From the human T2T-CHM13v2.0 reference genome, Homo sapiens, in the NCBI RefSeq assembly GCF_009914755.1, contig NC_060926.1: a stretch of 64,000 bases of DNA. One strand, written 5' to 3'. The position numbers were made by a program, and so were the translations under genes. Positions 43,319 to 64,000 of this stretch are shown one piece after another; position 1 is the first letter of the stretch, and the number at the start of each line of letters is the position of its first letter. Under the pieces are notes generated by a model. The model saw only the letters and a list, made by a program, of their open reading frames with translations. It was not told the origin of the DNA and did not search any database.

Positions 43319-44281
43319 CTAAATATGAAAAGTTTATGAAATAATAATAGGTAAAAGATAAAAATAAGTCCATATTCGTTTTTAAACTACAAGCAGTAAG
43401 AACAGAATATAAATAAATTGACCTCTTTAACAAGTAAGTTTTCAAATTCTTTACAGATAAAAGGTTTAACTAGAACATCTCATATCTGACTCTTTTTAAG
43501 AAACAAGAGCCAGGACTGATACAATATTCTCTCAATCACCTACCCGAACTTTTAATACAAATTTAGAAACAACCAAGTTTTAAAATAAATATTTCTCTAC
43601 ATGTCACATTAAACATGTGACATGGCCCTTATAAACTTCATGTCTCAGTTAGTACATTACACATCTCTCTGACAATTACTCTACTAAATATCATTGTAAT
43701 CAGTTAAAAGCCTATTGAATTAAAGGTTTCTATGAAGCATACTTTTTTAAATAACATTGTATTGCTCTTGTACTGTGATATCATACATATCTCTTCATAT
43801 TACCAATGCATTCTTTTTTTTAAAGAATTTGAAAATGAATGTAATTAAGAAAAGCCAAAAACCTATTTAAAGAGTAAAGATGGACTGTTCCTTCCAATAT
43901 TAAAATATAGGTACTATCATAAATAAGTGAACTGGGAAAAGCAGTTGTATACACAAAATATTAATAGAGATGGCATCAAAACTTAGGACAAAAAGTATTA
44001 CTCAACGAAGGCACTGGGACAACTGGTAAACTATTTTCCAAAACAAAATACTGTTTGTATTTGCAATATGCTACTTATTTGTCATTGCAACACCTTATCT
44101 AAAAAGAAAAAAGCAAATATGATCCTCATTTTAAATTACATATGTTTCATAACAAGACAACAAAAATAAAAAAAATTTCCTGTTATACCTGCATGGTTTT
44201 TAAAGCATAGGGAATTCCAGGTCCTCTGAAAAGGAGACAATCTCAAGATATCACCTGTCATACTACCAGTAATAGCCCAAC

Positions 44282-44332
44282 TGAGAAGTGACATTTAATG
44301 AGAAGTGACATTTAATGAGAAGTAACATTAAA
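44282..44332. repeat. 17-bp tandem repeat x3 (TGAGAAGTGACATTTAA)
   Basis: Two perfect copies and one diverged copy. Confidence 0.9.
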
Positions 44333-45193
44333 GGACTGCATAGAGGTACTTCTTCACCTCTGGATCAGGTCAGACACTATAATAAGAGTACATCCCTAGA
44401 TGATACAGAGTTGGTCTCTCAAAACAGTGCTTTCAGCAAAAATTTTTTATTTTTTATTTTTTTTGCAATCCATGGTATTTTCTTTCTTCCATCTCTTGAT
44501 ATTTTGCTTAATATATTTTTTCCTAGGTTATGATTTTGTTTTAATTCATACAATGTTTTATGTTTTGATGAATTATTCAAAACCATTTCAAATCCTTTGC
44601 TAAAAGGAATGGGGATTTTAATAATACCTTCCATTTTATATATGCATAAGGAGAGTTGTAACAGATTTATAGCTTTCTTTCCACTCAACTTACTTTAAAC
44701 ACCAACTTATGCTTTGCTTGGATCAGCCCACTAATATTTTATGGGTTGTGTGTATGGTCTGAAATGATAAATATATTAGCAAGTGAGTCTTCAAATAATG
44801 TTAGTTCTAATCTGGGTATTGCTAAAATTTATTGTTTATGCAATCAACCATTTAAGTTAGCTTTTTTCTTGAATATGTTATCATTTCAAATATTTAAACT
44901 ACATTATACACTAAAAATATTTAGTTGGTTATTAATATCACACTGACCAACATAACCAAATTTGGTCATCTCCTTTCCACATTCTTTGTGCCTAAAATTT
45001 AATTTTACAAACATACTAAGATAATTTTCTTAGACCTCCCAACATCCAGTAATTTTTATGCTCACCAACTTATACTATTCCCAAATATTATAATAAACAC
45101 AGGTTTCACCAATATGCAACTAGGAGAAATATCCTATTTAACCATCTAGCAAATTTGTCTACAGTAAATTGCATGTGTAAGAGCATTTTCTAA

Positions 45194-45350
45194 GGGTCGG
45201 TACAGTGGGTCACACCTGTAATCTGAGTGCTTTGAGAGGCAGAGGCAGGAGGACTGCCTGAGCCCAGGAGGTTGAGGCTTTAGTGAGCTATGATTGAGCC
45301 GCTGGGCGCCAGCATGGGTGACAGAGAGCCTGTCTCTTAAAACAAAAAAA
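45194..45350 (+). mobile_element. FRAM/FAM Alu monomer
   Basis: Single right-arm-like monomer with a short A tail and ATTTTCTA flanking duplication. Confidence 0.8.
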
Positions 45351-45609
45351 GGTATTTTCTAGGGGTCAATCTGTCACTTGAAGCCATATCAATTTTTTTT
45401 TTAAATAAAATGCTTGTAATATTATAAGCCACACTATTGCCTTTTTCAATTAACTATAGAGTTAGCATTTTTGTATTTCAGACAGTTTGGCCAAGTATAG
45501 TGTTTTAAATATACTATAATCTTAGGGTTAGGATTAGGGGTTAAAACAAACAAACATAAGACTACAGTCTTATGTTTTAAAATTTGAATTTATATAATTA
45601 TACTAATGA

Positions 45610-45921
<312 letters not shown>

Positions 45922-46389
45922 TTATACTATCGAGAGTTATTGTCTAAAAATAAATTATATCTGACAATTTATTCAATCTATATTTTCTCTCAGGATACTC
46001 CCACACATACAACAAATTACAAAAGTAGCACAAGTCAAACAATGCTCATCTCTTCAACCTGCCAGCATCAGAGTACATCAGGAATATATGAAACTATATC
46101 AAAATGGAATGCCATGCAAGGGACTCTTCCAGATTCCACTATAGTGAAAATAAATGACTGCAAGGCACCACAATAGGGCTCTGGTTTAAAAAGCAAAAAG
46201 TAGATAAACTGTCAGTGTGGCCAAGAATAACTGATCCATTTTATTAACTGATAAATACTATGATTTAATGCTTTTGCCTTTAAATTTCAGTACATTGATT
46301 AAACCTATAGGGGTTTATGAAAAGGTGCTATAACGTGGAAGGGAACAACAAGCAGATTAAAAAGATTAAGTTCAGATTTAAAATATTAA

Positions 46390-53885
<7,496 letters not shown>

Positions 53886-54319
53886 GTATAAAAAGGTTAA
53901 TTACTACTTAAAATGACTATTTTATGAAATAAATGTTTTGAGCTATTTAAGCCAGACTTAGACAAGAAGAAAAGATTCTTAGAAAACTGAAATGCAATAT
54001 CAGATTAGAAGAAGCAAATGACAGCACTGGCAGTAAAGAAAATCACATTGGCCATATGACAGAATGCTGAGAGAGGGGGAAAAAACATGAAAAAGATGGT
54101 AGACATGGAAAAATGAAAACAAAGATTTAAGAACTGAATATTCTAATATTGGATATTCATTTTTTCTAATCATAAGAAAAAATGAAAGAATATTCAAAAA
54201 TAAAAGAATATTATTCTTTAGTGAACAATACCCTCTAAATTTATACTAAATCAGTATGCAGAGTATTAGTGAATTTTATGATTAACTGTTAGACATAGTC
54301 TATGAATAACTAATGCAAT

Positions 54320-56040
54320 AAAAGAAGAAAAGGAATAGAAGTATGGAGATAGGGAAGGAATAATTAAAACTGTCTTTGTTGACAGATAACATAACTGTCT
54401 AAGTAAAAAAATCTCAAAGAACTGACAAAAAAACTAATGGAATTGAGAAGCAATTATAGCAAGGTTGCAGAATACAAGCAAATATAGAAAAGCCAAGTGT
54501 TTAGCTATCTACTAGCAATGAAGACTTAGAAAAGGAAATAAAAAACACAGTACTATTCGCACTAGAACCAAAAAAATGAAAAATTAGGTATAAATCTAAC
54601 GAAACATGTGTAAGATCTTTATTAAGAAAACTACAAAAACTGACAAAAGTCTTAAATAAATAGATACTCCAAGAACGGGAAGACTAAATATAGTTAAGAT
54701 GTCCATTCTTCCTATTGTGATGTATAAATTTAACTCAAAATCTAGCAATTCACAAAGATTCCCAGAATTTTCTGGATATGTACAAAGTGATTCTAAAGTT
54801 AATATGAAAAGGCAAAGTATGCAGACAGCCAACACAATACTGCAGAAGAACGAGGTCAGAAGACTGACAGTACTTACCTTAAAGACTCACTAAAAATCTA
54901 CAGTAATCAAAACAATGTGATATTGGCAAAAGACAGACAAAGCAAGGGAATAGAAAGAGAACCTAAAAACAGAACCACATAAACATAGTCAACTGATCTT
55001 TGACAAAGAAGCAAAGGCAATTCAATGGATAAAAGATAGTCTTTCTCCAATTGGGCATTCATTTGCAAAAAAAAAAAAGAAAAAAAAACGAATCTAAACA
55101 CAGACCTTACATCTTTCACAAAAATTAACTCAAAATGAATCACAGACCTATATATAAAATGCAAAACTATAAAGCTTGTAGAAGATACATAGGAAAAAAT
55201 CTACATGACTTTCGGTTTGGTGATGAAGCTTCAGATACAATACCAAAATCATAATACATGATAGAAAAAACTGACAAATTAGATTATTAAGATCAAAGAC
55301 TTCAGTTGGGCACAGTGGCTCATGTCTGTAATCCCAGCACTTTGGAAAGCTAAGGCAGGATTGCTTGAGCTCAGGGTTCAGGACCAGCCTGGGAAACATG
55401 GGGAGACCTCGTCTCTACACAAAATTAAAAAAAAAAAATTAGCCAGGTGTGATGGTGCATGCTTGCAGTCCCATGTACTCAGGAGGCTGAGGTGGGAGGA
55501 CTGCTTGAGCACAAGAGGCCAAGGCTACAGTGAGCTGTGATCATGCCACTGCACTCCGGCCTGGGTGAAAGAGCAAGACCCTATTCTTGTAAGTAAGTAA
55601 GTAAAATAAATAAATAAAAACTACTCTACCAAAGATACAGTTAATAGTATGAAAAGACATAGCAACATCCCATCTCAAAAATAAATAAATAAATAAATGA
55701 AATCTTCTGCTCTGCCAAAGACAATGTTATTATTAATAGTATGAAAAGAATAATATTCTTTTAATATTATGAAATAATATTAATAGTATGAAAAGAAAAG
55801 CCACAGACTGTAAGAAAATACTTGCAAAACAAAACTGAAAATCAGAAATATAAAGGACTCCTAAAACCTATCAATAAGAAAACAAATAACCCAAATTAAA
55901 AATGGGCATAAGACACCTCACCAAACATATACAGATGAAAAAGAAGTGTATGAAAAGATGCTCAACAGCATATGTCATTAGAGAATTACAAGTACAAACA
56001 ATGAGACACCAATATATACCTATTAGAATGGTTAAAATAA
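54320..56040 (+). mobile_element. Old L1M ORF2 fragment interrupted by an AluJ (~55304-55620)
   Basis: Degenerate ORF2 motifs (NIVKMSILP, LIFDK) and an Alu dimer with a (TAAG)/(TAAA) tail. Confidence 0.85.
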
Positions 56041-57135
56041 AAAGTTTCTTAAATTTAAAAATTTAAAAATTTGAAATTTAAAAACATTTCACATAGCCCT
56101 CTTGTGAAAACTACCCAAAATAACAGTGAATTCAAATGCAAAGAAAAACCATAATAAAAAACTCAAGAATGAAGAAATAGTGATTATAGAAGCTGAGTAT
56201 GAGGACTAAAACAAATTAAACATAGATTTGAAACTAAAAAATTACTGCAAATATGATTATATATAAATGTGACAATTTGTGAAATATTGAAAGAAATTAC
56301 CTAGATCTAAATTCTCAATTTATATTAAACAATACTTCAGATGTGATAACAGTAAAATCCTAACGTACTCATGTTAATAATGTAATTTCAATATACATTG
56401 CTTAAATGTTAAAAAAAATTTTGCTTCTCATCCATTTTTTTAAAGTACATTGGTCAAAAATTGAAATTTATTGTATATAATACATGAGAACAGATTTTAC
56501 ACAGACTACTTAGCATTGAAATTAATTGCTTTCAAAAGTTAACACCCATAATTTGTCTCCTATATTGCATAAAGGATATCAAAGAAAAGAGTAAAGGGAA
56601 ATAAGTAAGAATATCTTTTTGAGGTAACTAAGCAAATATGATAAAGAGCAAAAGGAGACAAGAATGATATAAGATGTGAGCATGCACTGAAAAACTGTGT
56701 AAGTTAGGGTTAAACAAATAGTAATGATGTAGGAAAAATAAAAAGAATGCATGATATGATAGTTCCCTAACCTATAACAAAGGGAAAAACCCTACCGTGC
56801 AGTGTTGATGTAAAGAATAAATGAGAGAACACAATAAAAAGACACATAGTACATGCTCAATACATGCTATTTTCTTTTTCCACTGGAAATCTCTACTTCT
56901 TTAAGGACAAAAGACCATGTTGGAACAAACATCAATTGACAATTTTTCACTAGGAGGACAAATAAGGGGGAAAAAGGTCTGCTACACTCAAATATACCAC
57001 CCTAAGTTTATAAAGTTTTACATGTCTTCTGTGATTAAAAAAGAAAAAAACAAAAAAGTAAAACATTACAAAATAATGAAAAGTATTTTCAGTATTACAT
57101 AAAATAAGATTTATATATGAATTTATTTATTCTTA

Positions 57136-57408
<273 letters not shown>

Positions 57409-57897
57409 CTAGCTTCTGAATGGTCCTAAATAGAAAAATACAAAAGAAATAGTAGGGCAGTATTGATTCTCTGAAATCTTCAGGTGAAAACGTAGTCAGA
57501 TTGGAATATATTGATTTATACGATAGTAGGGGACAAGGGACAATAGTGGCAACTCTCGGGACCCTTGGATTCAAATCTCTTTTCCTACTAATACTCTGGA
57601 CTTTTACTCCATAGCTGGCTGCTGGGTATTAAGGGCAAGATGGCTAGAATTCTCTCCACAGTATCAGATAACAGAAACAAAACAAAATTGAAAGTTAAAG
57701 TGCTATTGCATTATGGAAATATTTGTATCTGCTCCTGCTTCATGCTATGTGGTGTTTCTATTCACAAAGCAAAATTTTTTATTTCTATAAAAGTGTTTGT
57801 TAGCTTTATTTAATATCAAATTTGTACAATAATTTTTGCAAAACCTGGAAGGCATCTGTAAGTAGGTCCATAACAGTCAAGAGGACAGCTAGACTTA

Positions 57898-58083
<186 letters not shown>

Positions 58084-58802
58084 TCAACCCTCCCTAAATT
58101 CTTATCCTCTAGAGTTCTGGCACCATTTTCATACGTTAAAAAATTAATGGATTTCTTACCTATCTCAAGTCCCATAGGAAGAATGAGAATTTAGTTGTGA
58201 AGGTTTCAACAAGAGGGAGAATCACTGACTTTAGCTATATTAGCAACTTAAGGGCCATTGTAATGCATGTGAACGAGTTAAGAAAAGAATTCTTGTAAGC
58301 AGCTATATTTTGAGGTCATCTTAGAACTAAGGCCTTAGACTTAGTCATGAAAAATTATGTCAGATAATCTACCATACTCTTTAAAAAGATGGACCATTAA
58401 AGTCGTTCCTTTTTTGGATCTGCAGCTAATACAGAGGTCTTTCAAGGACAACAACCTGAGGGTGCTATCTCAGATTTGGCCCCATGAACTGGAATAAAAA
58501 GGCTCCAAGAATATTTGCTTCTCCTAGACTGACAGCATGGAACTAATCCTTCATGTACCAAAGAAGTAAATCTGAGTTCTTGTTCCATGTACAGAGGCAA
58601 AGCAAAGAAAATGATTCATTAGGGACAAAACAATACATACTTGTTCATTATCGAGGAAGTTAAAGAGTAAGGACATTGGCTCCAGAAGAGTCTATTATAT
58701 GAATTTTAAAAGGTTAAGTCTGTTCTAAATTTTAATTTCTTTATCTATAAAATAGGGACAATAACATCTTATGGCAGGCCTGTTTGAAAGATTAAAAAAG
58801 GG

Positions 58803-59151
<349 letters not shown>

Positions 59152-59699
59152 CTAATATCTGTAAAAATACATAAAAGAACATATATATGCCTCAACTAAT
59201 CATAATGTGTATTCCTCTACCTAGATGAGATCAAAAGAAAAAACTCAATCTTTTCCTTAAAAAAAAAAAAAAAAAACCCAGAAAACCTCATTAAAATATC
59301 TTAGAGGCAGTAACGGGGTATAAAATATAAGCTAGATAAAGCTACAGTGACTAGTCAGAAGGTTCACAAATCTCAAAGTGATCTGGCATAGAAGTTAAAT
59401 AGGTATACACATGTATTGATATTAAGTCAGCTGTACATGGAGGATTCGTGCACTTTACATACAAAGGTATGTAAAGCATATTTCAGTTAAAAATTTTTTT
59501 AGAAAGAGAGTTAAACTACTTCCTTCAAAAAGAAAGCCAAGTCGTATAAAAGAATACCAGTAACACTTAATTTTTATTTAAAAACTACATGGAGTTCAGG
59601 TCAAGCTAGATAAATACAAATGCCAGGGTAGAAATACCATGCTCATTTCCCTACTAATCTATAAGCTTCTTAAGGAAGAGACATACAGATAGATGCTCA

Positions 59700-60000
59700 G
59701 CACTTGGAATACAATATACACTTCTTATAACATTCATTATAAAAACACTCAACAGATGAGGAAACGTAACGGAACTTCCTCAACTTAATAAAGGGCATCT
59801 ACAAAAAAATCCTACAGTTAACATCATATATAACAGTGACAGACTGAATGCTGCTGTTTCTCTAAGATGAAAACATAGACAAGAATGTCCATTCTTCCCA
59901 ATCCTATTCAACATTTTAAAGAAAGTTCAAGCCAGGGCAATTAGGCAAGAAAAGGGAAAAAAAAAAAAGGCATCTAGATTGGAAAGAAAAAAGTAAAAGC
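59700..60000 (+). mobile_element. Old L1M ORF2 fragment
   Basis: aacttcctcaacttaataaagggcatctac...caattaggcaagaaaa motifs. Confidence 0.75.
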
Positions 60001-60350
60001 TAGAATTCTGACTACCCAGACTTAATAAGGATAAAATTAAATTACAGTATAAAACACTAATATTAAAAAAAATATATGAACTGACAAAAAGGGCAGAGAA
60101 CAATCATAACAACAAAATCTGTTGGTCCACATTTAATTTTGACAGAGTTTGGAAAATTTTGCTTCCAGATGATTGTTCTTACGACCTTGTGCTGGCATCT
60201 CGTTAAGGTCTCGTACTGATATCTCCCTAAGGTTAGAAAGAGTGATTCTTCCTAAATGCTAAAGGGAAAATTCAGGTTAAGAAGATAACTATTTCTCTGA
60301 ACAGCTTTACAGGGTAAAATATCTTGAGATTAATGAAAATACATACTAAC

Positions 60351-60407
60351 CTGTGAAAGGCACTCTGTGTGAATTAAGCTGTTACTCTTTGATTTACGAC
60401 TGCTCAT
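60351..60407 (-). CDS. ORC4: ORC4 first coding exon (exon 2; exon spans 60351-60424): MSSRKSKSNSLIHTECLSQ
   Basis: ATG at 60407, acceptor aaag|GAT at 60424, donor CAG|gttagt. The 13 exons sum to 1311 nt, i.e. 436 aa plus stop. Confidence 0.96.
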
Positions 60408-60584
60408 TTCAACAAATTCAAATCCTTTAAAAAAAATTGGCATAAATATTATAAACGTAGTGACTTAAAGAGATTACTTAAGAATTTACTGTTCTAGAAT
60501 TAAAATAAATACAAGTTTTTAAAAGTAAAAAATGCTCAAACCCTAAGACCTTCAAAATCTTCGATGGCTTCATTTTGTCTAAGT

Positions 60585-60955
60585 ACAGGCTGATTCAACA
60601 CTCTCATACCACACTTTAGGCACACTTTGTTTTACTGTGCTTTGCAGATGGTGCATTTTTTTTTTAAAGTAAACTGAAGGTTTGTAGCAACTCTGTGTCC
60701 AACAAGTCGATAGGCACCATTTTTCAAACACCATGTCCCCATTTTGTGTCTGTCAGCATTTTTTAGCAATAAGGTATTTTCAAATTAAGGTATGTACATT
60801 TTTTAGACATGCTACTACTGCACACTTAGTAGACTAGTATACTGTAAATATAAATTTTATATGCACTGAGAAAAGTTTTGGGTGATTCACTTTATTGTGA
60901 TATTTGCTTCACTGCAATGGTCTGGAACTGAACCTACAATACCTCCAGGCCTGTA
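60585..60955 (+). mobile_element. Internally deleted Tigger1
   Basis: TACAGGC...GCCTGTA termini; ctgaaggtttgt.gcaac and cactttattgtgatatttgc motifs. Confidence 0.75.
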
Positions 60956-61867
60956 TGTGGTTCTTACAGCTACTCCTCCCTTTCGATTAAATCTTCTATT
61001 CACCTTCCCTTTCTTCCTTTTTCTTTTTTTAACTTACATGCTTCCTTTATGATTCTCCCACCCATCCATCCCACAGGATCATCCCTTATAGAAAACCTTC
61101 CCTTTCTTGCTCCACTCACCAACAATACACAAATAATCATTACAGACTAGGTTAAATGCCTCTTCCTTAAACACTCATAAGTGCCTGTATTTTGCTTTAT
61201 TATTGAATTATTTTAAACAAAATTGTCTGTTTAATTGCTACTGTTTCCAAATTGAGATTTTTTATATTCTAAGCATTGTAGCATAATGCCCAAAACAAAG
61301 TTGGCAATGAATAACTGGAATGAAAAAAAAATTAATGAAAAAATTATATTTTTTGTAAAATTCTCAAGTGTACCATACTCATAGACAAATGACTAAAAGA
61401 CCTTTGACTAAAAGACCTAATTTTCTTAGCACTGATTTCCTATAGGAATAAATTTTAACAGATAGACAGTAACAGCTTAAGCAGTGTTTAGGTATCAGGA
61501 ATTGTTACAAATGCTTTGCATTTATCAACTCATTTAATCCTCAAAACTATCATGTGGAATAACTACTATTATAATCCTCTTTTAAGGTTAGAAGACACAG
61601 ATAGGCTAGGTATGTTGACCAAAATCAAACAGTATATAAATGGAAGAGCCAGGATTTGGATCCAACCAAGTTAACCACTTTTTTAAAAAAGTGTATTCTG
61701 GTCTCATCTAATCTCCAGAAGGAACACAGCTTTGCTAACACCCTGAATTTAGCTCAGTGAAAGACATTTTGGAACTTTTTTACTGCCAGAACTCATAAAA
61801 CTCAAAAAAAGCTGACTTATCATCAAATCACCAATGATTAACATTATAATAATGCGAGAATGACAGC

Positions 61868-64000
61868 AGCAAGATGAAATAGGAGGCCCTTCAGCTTGTG
61901 TCCCCAAATAGCAACAATAATTTCACAGCCACCCACGGACAAAATGGTCTTTGTGTTAGCGTTGAGATTCAGGCAGGCGTCTGTGAAACCCCAGTGGGGC
62001 CCAAGACCTGGAAAAGTCAATTGGAGGGCAGATCTTCATTCACGTGACAGATTCCCCAACTGTGGTCCAGGCTTCAGACTTGGAAAGGGCCCTGTCCTCC
62101 CGATAGGACCTTGTTACCAGGGGCTGTAGCAGGATATGAACCCTATCTGGTCCCTTGGCGGACTGGACTTTTTCTAGGACCTCGGTCTGTACAGTGGATG
62201 AAGATATGCAGAGAAAAGACCTGTTACCAGGTGTGTGGATGGTTTGGCTTTCTCTGGGAACCTGGGAGGGCTCCTACTGGATCACTGAGTAGATTCCTTA
62301 ACAGGCAGTACTGCCCTAGTCCACAGCTGAGTGGGGCTGGAACTAAGCTACAGGGTTGCTTCAGGGCCTACAGTCAAGACTTAGGTCTTCAGGCCTAAGG
62401 TGTCACAAACCTGCATGTCTCCCTTCAGGTCCTTAAGTTAGCGGGCCTGCTGTATTGAGAGGGGCTGGAGCCACTTTTCAGGGGTGTTTCAGGGACTGAT
62501 GAGGGACCTAGGTCAGGTGGCCTGTTTGCAGGGCTATGGACAGCCCCATCTCCCTCCAGGATGCTGGGTAGGCAGAACTGCTCTCTGACCACAGCTGAGA
62601 GGGGCTTATGCCAAGATTCAGGGTTGTTTCAGGACCTGCTGTGGGACTGAAATCTGCCTGCCTGTCCTGAGGACACAGAAGGATGTATCTCCTGACTACA
62701 GGAGGATTTCTGTGCAGGATTTCTGTAAGACTGTGGCTGAGTGGAGCTGAATCCCCGATTCAGAGCTTTTTCAGCATATGCTATGGGACAGAGATTGGCA
62801 AGTCTGTACTGATGGCACAGACAGGTGAGTCTCCTAGCAGTTCCTTGTGCAGGCAGGGTTGCTCTCAGGCTGCAACCAACGGTGGCAGGAGCTGAGCTTC
62901 AGGGCTGTTTCAGTATTTAATGCAGGACCAAGTTCAGAAAGCTTGACCCAGGGATTCAGACAGTTTTGTCTTCTTGTGGGTCCTTGAACTGATCTCAGAC
63001 CATAGCCAAGTTAAAGTGTCTTATCAGGGTCCGCAGTTGGGACTGAGGACAGTGGACTTATTTTCTGAGGTACCAGTGTGCATGAATTTTCCCAGGCCTC
63101 TTGGTGAACAGTTTCGGTAGCAGGCCAATATCCTTGATGAATATAGGTGCAAAAATCCTCAACAAATACTGGCAAATCTAATTCAACAGTACATTAGATC
63201 AATTACCATGATCAAGTGGGATTTATCTTTGGAATGCAAAGACGGTTCAACATATGTAAATCTATAAATGTGATATAATGCATTAACAGAATGAAGGACA
63301 AAAATCACATGACTGACTCAACAGATACAGAAAAAGCTTCTAACAGAATTCAATATTCCTTCAGGTTTAAAAACTGTCAATATATTAGGTATAAAAGGAA
63401 TATACTTCAACACAATAAAGGCCATATATAACAAACTCACAGCTAACATCACACCCCAAAGGTAAAAAGTTGGAAGCTTTCCCTCTAAGATCAAGAACAT
63501 GACAAGAATGCCCACTTTGGCCATTTATATTCAATATAGTACTGCAAGTCCTAGCCAGAGGAATTAGGTAAGAAAAAATAAATAAAAGGCATCCAAATCA
63601 AAAAAGAGAAAGTTAAATGGTCTGTTTGCAGATAACATAATTTTATATAGAGAAAATCCTTAAGACTCTACCAAAAAACTGTTAGTACTAATACATACAG
63701 TAAAGTGGCAGGATACAAAATCAACATAAAAAAATCAATAAGATTTCTCCACACTAATAACTATTTGATAAAATTAAAAACCAGTCCTAATTACAATAGC
63801 ATCAAAAACAAATTAGAAAGAAATGTAACAAAAGAGGTGAAAGGTCTGTCACTGAAAACTATACAATATTGATGAAAGAAAGTGAAGACACAAATAAATG
63901 GAAATATACTCCATGTTCATGGACTGAAAGAATCAATGTTATTAAAATGTCCCTACTACTGGAAGTGAAGGTTCAAAGTAATCCATATCAAAATTCTAAT
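61868..64000 (+). mobile_element. Rearranged old L1: 5' start (+), ~1-kb monomeric segment apparently inverted, then ORF2 RT (+) running off the window
   Basis: CAAGATG start at ~61870; GC-rich repeats 62110-63120; RPISLMN/HDQVGFI/LFAD motifs from ~63122. Confidence 0.75.

Noticed and set aside
43600-43624. 10-bp inverted repeat CATGTCACAT-N5-ATGTGACATG
   Set aside because: Short enough to arise by chance or local template switching in 64 kb of AT-rich DNA; no other support.
44282-44332. Short repeats as a CRISPR-like array
   Set aside because: The units are contiguous with no spacers, in a eukaryotic intron; this is a simple minisatellite.
60425-64000. ORC4 promoter or CpG island
   Set aside because: No CpG-dense region is present. 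Exon 2 begins with a splice acceptor, so the TSS lies outside the window.

Overview
This is AT-rich primate genomic DNA, most likely human chr2q22-q23, containing two convergent (tail-to-tail) genes. On the + strand are the last six coding exons (kinase domain) and the ~3.5-kb 3'UTR of ACVR2A, the activin receptor type-2A. On the - strand is the complete coding region of ORC4 (13 coding exons, 436 codons plus stop); its non-coding first exon and promoter lie beyond the right edge. I read all exon boundaries from GT-AG sites and checked their phase. The rest is mostly mobile DNA: Alus, a 5'-inverted young L1 between the two 3' ends, a near full-length old L1MA, an MST LTR, Tigger, MADE1 and MER DNA transposons, and MIR/L2 fragments. 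Repeat subfamilies were assigned by eye from recalled consensus sequences, and their boundaries are approximate. I found no convincing new biological system. The most notable oddities are: a diverged 100-bp direct repeat that keeps a hairpin; a 57-nt near-perfect hairpin in ORC4 intron 7; an orphan TSD-flanked 120-bp insertion; two twin-primed L1s; a double Alu insertion at one target site; and a uniform antisense orientation of all Alus relative to their host genes.
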